Positions 53,481 to 64,000 of a stretch of 64,000 nucleotides of DNA are shown piece after piece (within the stretch, counting starts at the first letter, position 1; each line of letters starts with the position of its first letter). The stretch spans positions 1-64,000 of the forward strand of contig NW_026855084.1 of the NCBI RefSeq assembly GCF_026571515.1, read 5' to 3'. This DNA comes from Ruditapes philippinarum (taxonomy: Eukaryota). The position numbers were made by a program, and so were the translations under genes. The notes below the pieces were generated by a model. It had not been told where the DNA came from. It saw only the letters and a list, made by a program, of their open reading frames with translations, and did no database searches.

Positions 53481-56400
53481 TGTGGCAGGAAAAGTTGAGT
53501 AATTGACCTCTACCTTGGTTGTCAAATTAAAGCCAGGGGTCGTTTTAACTTTTCCTTACATATATAATGTTGTAAAGAAAATAGAATATATATTGCAAAG
53601 TATATTTGATCACGATGTCAATTGTTCAAAAACTATTTGTATTGAATCCCGATAATAGATGTAAAGCCGTGAATTCCATTATTATGCTCAGTCTAATTGA
53701 TTTAAGTTATCTTAAAGTATGTTAATGTTTTCTTCATAACCAGGCCATAATTTTTTGAAATGTATTCAACAAACACATTCAGTTTGCTAGACAGCTTGTT
53801 TTCAATGTTTGTAAGATAAAATGCTGTTTTTCGGGATATTCCACGTTAGATATGTTTCGATAACACACAAATATACACAAACATGCATTACATGTGCTTA
53901 AATCGTTCTTACAACAAAAATAAACAAGTCATGCGAGGTGCATGTGAAACGAAAGTGTGGCACTTTTCTTAACACCTTTCTTGTAAATTATAATCTTTAT
54001 GCATGGTTATCATATTTTTGTTATGATTTCCAAATTCATTGATCTTTTTAAATTTTAAAAGTGTATGTAAATTATCAATATGACTGTGGTTATTTCATCT
54101 TTAATTCAGATCAACCAATACAATGATTGGTTACAAAAGAAAATTACACGAAACTAATGTTTGAGAAAAGTAAAAGGATTGGACTTATCAACAAACATTT
54201 AGTACGTCGACAGATTTTCCTGATACGTGTACCTAATTTCTCAATATAAAAATAACAGTGTCCCTTTCAGTCTAAAACGTTTATTTATAGTACCCTTAGC
54301 AATATTTTAAACATAAAAAGTCGATGACATGGTTTTCTTTAGACGAAATAAGTTCAATGAAGTTCGTATAGAAACTATGTGGTATCTTCTTACTTATGTT
54401 TGCCATTTATCATCATTATAAGATAATCGGTCGTCTGCGTATTTAAGATACGGGATTCCTTCCTAATATATCTATAAATAACCTGTCTCAAAGACTTGAC
54501 ATTTTGTCTTGCCACACATTGGGGAAACATTTTTCTTAAGTAATTTCGATGTTCATGTTTTATGTACTTATTGCTTGAGTTCCTTACAGAAATATAAAGA
54601 ACAATGATACTCGTTAGATATAAGTGTTTTGCTAACAATGAACGTAACGTTACATCTCAGGGGATATATAAGTAATTTTACATTAAGAGAAAAATGTACT
54701 TCAGAATGAGCACTTTCAATTGGCCATTCATTATTAAAAGAGGTAGCAGTTTGGGAATAAAAATGTGTATACAAATGAGACTTCAAAACAGTTATAACCG
54801 TAAATTGTTTTAGTAATGTTTTTTTCCTCCTATTTATGTATTTTTTCTTACTTCAGTTGCCGATTTGTTAACATGTCCTTTGCACAGGAGTACGGGACAA
54901 GGGGATGAAAAAGTTCAACTTTCTATTTGGGTTGAGTTTGTTATGATCAACATATTTAAATTCTTCTGTATTTTGTAAAAGAATATAAGGGGGGGTTGGA
55001 GTCTATAGCTTTCTGTAAACTGTGTTTGTGCGCTGTAAAACCAAGCAAACCTTGATATATGCCAGAAACAAATAGGACCATGGAGGACACCTGATCGTAC
55101 TAGAGTTGAATTTCGAATGCGATTGCTCAGAAATGACCTGATTCAGATGTAAACGTGCTGGTTTGAAACCTATATTCTTAGAAATTAATCCATTATTTCA
55201 AAAAAAATCTTCTCACGTTTAATAACGCTTAAATAATGACTTAAGAGCTTGTAACTGGGTTATCACTTAATGCGGCAAATATGAAATTATTTGTCACACT
55301 ATCATCAAAATGTAAACAGAGTGGTATTGTGACTTCCATACAATGTACTAAAACACTATAAATGTACTAGTTGCAAAACGTAATTGAAGCATATGTGTTT
55401 GGCTAAATGTTTCGATATCTGTTTTAACTGTGAAGTAAGTTTTGATGTTCATAGATATTTTACACAGTCTTTAAAATTATAAGAGTTGAATAATGTTGAT
55501 TTATGTGAACAAACGAAACGAAGGACATGTTAAGCAATACCTTGAAGGTTTAAACTTTTGCACTATTCATTTTTATTAGTTAAAATTTATTTTTAGTGCA
55601 ATTAATGTAATATGCCTGAATTAATAACAATGAAAATTAAATATCGCGTAATAAGAATTGTGAATCCCTGATTGTCAAATTCATTGTTACATATAAGCGC
55701 GTTAATACAAACAGCGTGCATGGCACAAGAAGTCTTGACTTCAAATAATCATAAAACTAATGGCTAAAATGTAAAACTAGATAATGTATCTAAGCTCAAA
55801 CCGAACAGCAGCGCCTGACAAGGTCATTTGATTGGTTTCCTTCACATTTGACATATCTTTAGTTTTTCCACTTAGCAACATCAAGTAGCTGTATGGTGCT
55901 ATTATCGGAAACAACGGATAATAAATGTTCTGATAAATTGGCTAGACATGTTTTTTTAATCACATTATTCTGTATCAGTAAATGTCAGAGATTTGTATGA
56001 ACTGTTTACAGTAAGGACAACTGCGAGTTACAGACATTTCGTATTGACTAAAGTTGAAATTTATATTTAAGTTCAAAATGCATGAAGAAAAAGAAGCATA
56101 TTTCAAACTACAATGCTATTACAATGATATTGTTTAGTACACACAATTAACCATATAAAACGTGAAGAATATATTTTAAATTATTTTTTATGATTATGTA
56201 ATATATGCTTTTTATTCCAATAATCAAACTGTTCACCAAATCTTGGGATAAAAATATCAATATTAAGTAAGTTGCGTTCAATATTTTAGCGGTTATCATT
56301 TTAAGTCCAGATTTTTCTCTTGATATATATAACTGAAATGAAACTATATAATTGCAAAGTATTGTTACTTTCAAGTACAGTGTAACTTCTGAAAATTGGA

Positions 56401-56599
56401 TACCCATGGGACTTCCAAATAAGTTATGATTTTTAAAGTTTTCAAATTCGGAAGTTTCGAAATTATCTTAAAAAGTAGTAACATGAAACATTTGTGGTTT
56501 ATTAAGACGCGTTATAAATATATGGAGCTGATTAAAAAATGCATAATTTGAGGATACTTAAAAAGTTAATTTACCTTTATTGTCTATTAAAAATGACTC

Positions 56600-56890
56600 G
56601 TCCGTGTGGTATGTCTGTCTGTCAGTCACATTTTGTTTTCTGCCAGTCTGGATAACTTTGAACTAATGTTTACCATAAGAAAGACGATGTGTCATGAGAA
56701 ACAACTGTCGTAAATACATTTTATTTTATAATTTATTCCACAACATTGTCTAATGGATGGTTTAATTCGTGTCCAGGCAATTGCTTTTAGAATTCATTAA
56801 TTATTTGAAATGATTGGCACAACTGTTCAACATAATACCACGACATGTCATGCAAAACAACTCGAAGCACAGACAGGATGGATTTTAAAT
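56600..56890 (+). mobile_element. Degenerate HINE/pearl-like repeat remnant
   Basis: (GTCT)n microsatellite followed by two diverged core units containing CATAA..ACGA(T/C)(G/A)TGTCATG..AAACAACT. Confidence 0.45.
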
Positions 56891-56951
56891 TATTATTCAA
56901 TATAGGAAATAATGGAAATTGACAAGACTACTAATTTCACAGTCAGAATTT

Positions 56952-57010
56952 AGCTGGAAAGCCGCCAAATGACCTATACTGGTTGGTGCAACGTAGAATC
57001 CAACAAAAAA
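56952..57010 (+). mobile_element. 3' fragment of the same SINE family as 14609 and 30237
   Basis: AGCTGGAAAGCCGCCAAATGACCTATACTGGTTGGTGCAACGTAGAATCCAACAAAAAA matches the SINE tails. Confidence 0.85.
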
Positions 57011-58905
57011 GGAGCTATCTTAATGAACGTATGTTGTTTTACTGAGGCGACCGTTGCTAGTTGAACTTAAACCGAACTCAAAAAGGTTTTAAGATTGAAA
57101 TGTCATAACTGACATACAAATTAGATATTACATCCGTTGATAAAACTGCAGGACCTTTGATATATTAGCTAAGCAGTTGTAGAAGTAATTTACTTTTGGA
57201 CACATACAATTTGTTGTTTATTTGTGGTAATTAGATTGTTGGAATTAATTTGAAAATATATTAAGAAGTATTCAAATATTGTTACTTAAAATGCAAAGTA
57301 AGAGACAAATTTAGAATAAACAACGCCTACATTCTAAAACTAGCCATTTATATAATTTCTGCATGCTTCAAAAAAGAAATAGACACATTTACTTTATTTA
57401 ATTCATATACTTGCTTCACAAGTAATTCATGTACTAACTGCTATTTAGAATTCCTTTCTATGTTTAAATAATGCGAGATTAACTAATACCTAGTCAGAGC
57501 ATATACAAAACAACTTTTTTCTACTATTATCAAATAGTGAAATATTACTGGCCGCGCTTCGTCATATCTAGACACTTGTATCATAAACAAATATATCAAA
57601 TTATTTCTTAAGCCGTTTAGATTTGGCTGAACATCCCACTTTGGATTCCATTCCGAGACAGAAAAGTAATCAAAATATTTAACAGTGATATGTTTCAAAG
57701 TTTCCTCGTTTTGAAAAAAAGTCTGGCTAAAGGGACCAACTAGTTTCAACACTGACATAAATGAAAACATATTTTTATAAATATGATATGCATTTGACAC
57801 CTTACTAATTTATTTTAGCTCTCTTTAAAATATCTTGCGAGCTTTACAGGTAAAAACATTTTAAACATTTTGATATTTATTGTTTTACGTATTATGTGAT
57901 GATATTGAAATATTCAGCCCAATCAAAATAAGTGTTGATATGCAACATTGCATAAATCATACAGTTTGCTTTACAAATTAAAAAAAACGAGGAAATTTAT
58001 TTCATTTCTTTTGTTTTGAATTAAACAAAAATGCAATTTTATCTTTCCTGCATCCGTTACATCAACCAATTGTTTTTATCTAACTTAAATGTACATATTT
58101 CTAGTTAATATGTAAAAGAGGAACCTGATGTAAATGTACAATCAACGCAGTTCATTATTAATTTAAAAATGACGATACATAGGACTTGACAATCAGGAAT
58201 ATTAAGAAAATTATTATACAAAACTTCATGTGTGCGTGGTTTGAAACTGTATTTACTATATGATAACCGTTTGATGCCAAATCAGATGTATGTAAATTCG
58301 TTATATACATTTGTACTTAATTCGCAATTTCATTTTGCAAAAGACAATATATTCAATTCAGCACTATAAATAATTTCTTTTCACGTCTGTGTACTAACAT
58401 GTCAAGTACCTTCCACTAGTAATGGACTTTTGCAACTCTCCTGGAGAAATTATATCTGTATAAATCCCAAATAAGTAAGTTTATCTTTACAGTTTTAAGT
58501 GTAGACATAAAAATGTCATTGTAAGTTCAAATTCATTTGAAGGCTTGTTTAAAAGTCAAAATAGCATATCCAAGAGAAGTATTATATGACTTAAACGTCA
58601 AATTAAAAAATAAGTAAGCAAAAATAAATGTAAATTTTCCAGGAAGGTTTCGTGAAACTTTCTCACTAAAGTTTTATTACGTTAAAAAATGGAGCAATAA
58701 GAAACGTTACTTAAATAAACTGTATAATTTATAATTAACATTGTCGGGATTACTAAAATGCCATATAGTTACATGTACATTATTGATGTGTATTATGCTG
58801 TTTGTTAATGTATGATATAAAAACTATGTTATGCACAATACAGAGCAAGATGCTATTACGTTCAGGCGTCAGTAAAAAAAATTGTGTAGTCACAAACCAG
58901 TGAAT

Positions 58906-59111
58906 TAACTCATAACGTTAACGGATAAGTTCGTTTAATTCAGCGTTTGCCACCTGTGTGCGAGTAGCGCCAGGCACTTCCTTTTGACTAGACGGTATAC
59001 TGTTCGCTGACAACAGAAAGTTTCTTCTCGATATCCCAATATAACAAATGGACAGTCCCAAGAATGACAGGTGTACAAGTCAATTTAAGGAACTCTGCTG
59101 GTCAAAGGTTT
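58906..59111. mobile_element. Putative degenerate ~200 bp MITE-like interspersed repeat
   Basis: GC-richer island bounded by TTAACTC and AAGGTTTA; resembles, from memory, TTAA-flanked short repeats of bivalves; TIR match is weak. Confidence 0.3.
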
Positions 59112-62100
59112 ATTGCCGAAAATAATAATGTACATTGTTAAATTAAAACTGCTAAAATTGTTAAGCTATATAAACAATTTCAATAACTAAAGGAGAGCTG
59201 TTAATATGCTAACTCTACATTACCAGTATTGCAACAATTCATAACGGTCATCCTGATTTAAGGATAACTTAGTTTAAACATATTTATTTCCCGAATATTT
59301 ACATGATATACATAATACAATACAATCAGAATACAAATGTATAATATATTCAAAGAAAAGGATGAGAACGAAAGACTGCGTCTTATAAAATTCTTCTTTT
59401 ACTCTTAAGTCGAAAATTACGATTATAATTGAAAATTCCTATACACATACAATCATCACAGAGAAATAATTATGATCAAAAATAAAGAAAAACAGATAAA
59501 AACACATCTAGATTAATTTGTATTTTTCAGTTCACTTGGGTATTGAAAACTCTGCCGTTAGCTAGTCAATTTGCCTTTGATGTATTCCTACCTGTATACT
59601 TTCTAAATATGATTTATCACGCAATAAACGATTTATGTAAATATAGTCACTCATTCAGTTGCGGTCAAAGTATTAAAATTGCATAAACAAAAGAACTGTT
59701 TTGAATATGTGCAGAAAGATATAAGATTGTACAAATATATTGTCATTTGTATTGTCACTTGGATGAATTATTAAAATTTATCCTAAAAGATGCGACAAAA
59801 GTTCATATGCGACAACGCTATTTTGAGTTATAAATCTAAACTAGAAATAATGAAATTTCTAAAATCAAGGTAAAGGATGGAAAGTGAATTGCAAAATAAG
59901 TGTTTGAATTTGTTATATCCCACGTTTACAATATTTATATAACCACCTGCAGGAACTTCAGTTTTTGTATAATATCGTTTAGATAATAGGCTCATGAGCC
60001 TTCCTATTTTCAAATCACATGTGTTAAAATTATTATAGATATCTTATTTTCCTTTCAATCTCGGAAACGTAGACGCTGTGTCTCGACCGAGAGCGTATAT
60101 TATAGAAGAAATAATATCAGACACGTTCTTTAAATGATATGCAAGTTTCAAACAGTATAACATGGAAATTAACAATATTAATCAGTGCGCAACAGGGTAT
60201 TTACATTCGAGCATAGAAAACGCTTTCACCTCTTCCTTTTGAACACAAGTATTCTTTCGCATATGATTTCATGCTCGTTTTAATTAAATTACCTACACTA
60301 TATTCTACGGTCATCCGTGACACATGCAACGAATTCAAATTACCGTTCTTATGTTTAATCGGGAAAATCTAAAAACCTAATTACAAAACATTACAGCAAC
60401 AATTACCATGTTGACAAAACACTTAACATTTATAATATTATTCAAGAAAGCATATTGTTTTTTTCTCTCTCTTTTTATTACTTAAACTTTTGTGTGAATT
60501 TATTTAGTCTTTTGTTGTCCATTTTCTCGAGCTTCGATCTTACCGTTTGTACATGTATGCATATGATTTATAGTAATTATAACTATTTTTGCCTAGCATG
60601 AACTTTATGGTACCGTCAGGATGCTTGAGTTACTATTAAAATCTTATAAATGCTCCTGTACATTCTTTAATTATATTTAAAGAGTAACGATTCCGATTCC
60701 ATTTTTATTGAATATCTTTTGTACATATACAACATTATCGAAACTTTTTTTTGACAATATCACTTAGCCCAAGTTGATGAAGTAATTTATTGGTAGATTG
60801 GCGCTTGTTATGCTATCATGAATGTCATAAACGGTTTCTTTCACGCTAAATACTACAAAAGGTTTATGTATACAAAATTCATAATTATGACGCCTTTAAA
60901 GAAACAATTTCCGCAGGAGGATCAATTGGGGCGTTTTAAGAAGGAAAGGGACAAAGTATGGTTAATTTTGGAAATTAAATAAGCGCTATTTAACAAGGTT
61001 GTGATAATAAGTTAAACAAATAAGCAATTTTTCCCGAAATAATAGGTCCCCCTGAAATATGTACATATAATAGAATACGAGATATAAGCACGTGACACTG
61101 GTGTGTGTGGGATATAAGTTATATGTAGTCTTAAAAGACATTCTGTAAGTAATGTAGCCTGCCCCTCGCAAATTGCAAATTTGTAAATGACAGTAAGGAC
61201 AAGAAAACATAATTTAATATGTAAAGTTTTCAGATCCTGAAGAAAGGCAAACACATATTTAACATAATTAAAAACAGTCTATCAGAAACTGAACCTGGTT
61301 CATGGTTACATGTTGAGAAGGGAAACGTGGCTATACTATTTATTGGTCTCCAGAACATATCAATATTTTTCCTTGGTAATGATAAAATCTTTAAGTGAAT
61401 GTCGATTCTAAGCCATTTCTACCAAGCATTACTTAGAAATGCATTTGGAAATAAAGCGTCAAAGTATATTGTATCATAATTTCAATTCCAGATTTACGAT
61501 CACTGAAAGGCGACTTATAGCTTTAAGTGTTAGGCAAAAAGCAGGGGCGAAGTCAGCTTTTTTTCAACTTGTAGGCACATAAAAGGGGATCTGGGCTTAG
61601 ACCCCCGGAAGACAAAATCAAGTTCTGATTAAAAAGAACAAAATGTACGTTCCAAATATGTTCAAGGAAAATTATCAAAACAATAATTTTAAACTATGAA
61701 TTTGATTACATGCATACTTTATTGAGGATGATAAATTTTGCGCACACACTTGATTTGACTATACATGAAGCAAATGGTTTACGAGACAGTATAGTATTTA
61801 ACGGTATTGTTTATGTAAGGTCGTTGTAAATGATAATTTATAAATGCTGTATAATATTTCATGTTAGGAATAAAGACGACCTGTTCACAGTTTCTGCTTA
61901 CTAGAAGACAATCAAGTGATATTAAAATGTTCATGTCAAAGAATACTTCGCTTTATTAAATTCGATTAGAAAGATTTAATTACAATAAAGTGCAAGTTGG
62001 TTACTGTTTACAAATTTTCTTATAGTCTGTTTCCACTGCTATCTATTTAAATACAATAAAACATTACACACTGATATTAAATAAATTCCGTAGTATAATT

Positions 62101-63610
62101 ATAAACGTTGATTGTGTATTTCCATGAGATATTAAAATTTAATAACAAGTTTGTTCCATTTATAAAATAATGTTTAGATAAATGAAAACAAATTTGGATT
62201 ATTGAAATCTTTAGATAATGAAATGCCACATGCAATCATTTTAACTTTAAACTTATTACGAATACTAGAAAAAAATAAGGGCAATGGATTCGTTAAATAT
62301 TGGGCATGACTTAACCTTTAACACGTTTTATTTGACGAAATGATTTTAGAATATCAATGCAATCTCTTTAAACTCCTACGTACCCCATTTATCTGATGTT
62401 TACAGGTATATAGATGGATAATAACAAAATGAATTGAATTACCACAATATTTCTTATCTAGAGATTTTTACACAAGTTCTCATATTATGAAGCTTTACAT
62501 TTCTACTTAGATTAAGCTTTGATGATTACACTATACGTACTGTTTCAGAGTTTTAATTATCCGTGATTACATTTTGATAGACCTATTGTAATTACACAAT
62601 CAGAGTGGCACCATGTCGAAGGGATGGATTATATACAATTTACAACAAATACCTAGTTATCTTATTAGAATCTGCTAGATAATGTTTATCTGAATATAAT
62701 TTCAAAATCAGTACATGAAACGTTATTTCGGTATATGATCACAGGGAATGGATAGGTCATTGCCAATAAAAGCATCGAAATCACGCATTGGTTTCCTATG
62801 TACACTTTAAGATTATGTAACAGAGTAGATTATGGCTCTTAACTTTGTGTCACACTTGTGATCATGGCGTAGTTTTATCACGCACCTCATCCGCATCGGG
62901 TCATAATATTAAAATGTCATTTCAGTAACCTTTAAAATGCATGCTTTATTAGGAGCCAGCAACTTATCTTATAAAAAGAATCTGCTGTGGCAAGTTCCCA
63001 ATTATTGATTTATTACACACACAAAATAAAGTTTCTAATTTAGAATTTTTAAAAGTGTCCTTTATTTTCATGAATTAATAAATATTCACGGGTACAATTT
63101 CAAAGAATTGTGTTGTATTGTATCTTCAAATTGTTTGGTACTGCATCCTCTTGTACGACTAGATACCTTTGAATCAAACAATATTACTATTTTATTTGTC
63201 TTGATGATAATATTCTTAATTATTGCTACTCAAGTATTGATGTTTTTATTACATAATTCAACTGCTTGAAAAATAGTCAAGAATAGTGTTATATAACAAA
63301 AATGCATTGAGGAAAACTATTAATTCATAATAAATTTACAGCTAACAAGGATTCGAGTTTTGTTCACAGTATGGAATGTTTGATGATTGAAGCTACTAGC
63401 GAGCTGTTTTTTAATGAACGATGATATTATACATTTAATCAAAGTTATTTAAATATTGTGTATACAATGTTACACATTTGAGTAATTGTTATTTAAAATA
63501 CGAGACAACACTCATTTTATGTATGTCGTTAAAATTGTGATAAAAAATTGATTTTTTATATAAAAGTGTTTTGTTTTAATTGTATTGATTAACAACAATT
63601 AATACATAAA

Positions 63611-63781
63611 AGGGAGCGTTGGCTTAGTGGTTAAGGTGTCTGCTTCTCAATCAAGTGATCATATGTTCCAGGCCTAGTCGGGCACAACCATGTTTCTTCT
63701 TATGACACCATACTGTTGGTTCCAAGTAGCGGACTCGATAGTGATTAATAGTTAAAAGTTGTTTCACAATCGACCTTAAAT
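63611..63781 (+). mobile_element. Degenerate tRNA-derived SINE of a second family
   Basis: A box TGGCTTAGTGGTTAAGG, decayed B box, body ..TGACACCATACTGTTGGTTCCAAGTAGCGGACTCGATAGTGATT..TCACAATCGA. Confidence 0.7.
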
Positions 63782-64000
63782 TTTACACCAAACTTATTGA
63801 GTCAGTATAAGATAACTGGATTTACAAGTTTTTAATACTCCATTTACTTTTGTAAATGTTCAGAATATTTGAACAACGAGTAAACGAATTGAAATTAAAT
63901 ATCGATAAAAAGAAATGATAACAAAGTAAATAAATGCAATATTTTGTAATGTAAATATGTGATTTTCATTGATTTATAATGGTATGTAACTTTTCAATTT

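Noticed and set aside
61542-61620. CAGGGGCG..GGGGATCTGGG..CCCCCGGAA, a possible hAT-type MITE end
   Set aside because: No partner terminus or TSD found; too degenerate to call
1-64000. Prokaryotic operon or defence system
   Set aside because: Very low coding density with SINEs, LINEs and microsatellites indicates animal nuclear DNA

Overview
AT-rich eukaryotic genomic DNA with one 150-N gap (24768-24917). It is probably from a bivalve mollusc, inferred from the style of the SINE, MITE and satellite families. I find no intact protein-coding gene, rRNA, true tRNA or CRISPR array. The only clearly recognisable ORF is the C-terminus of an RNase H-type non-LTR retrotransposon ORF2 (43637-44035, minus strand). 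The window has three layers. (1) A mosaic of old 0.2-2 kb tandem, dispersed and inverted duplications. (2) Younger transposon insertions: tRNA-derived SINEs, LINE fragments, three TAY...RTA elements with 6-bp TSDs (IS3EU-like; two are foldback elements built of 22-bp repeats and one of these is nested in the third), a 2.2-kb long-TIR element with a 5-bp TSD, and a Helentron-like element carrying a 165-170 bp satellite. (3) Many frameshifted, stop-riddled reading frames, mostly inside the duplicated blocks. Translated by hand, they repeatedly suggest an Ig-like, transmembrane, TIR/SEFIR-like architecture, consistent with a decayed cluster of IL-1R/IL-17R-like immune receptor paralogs. This last point is a by-eye inference and needs profile searches.
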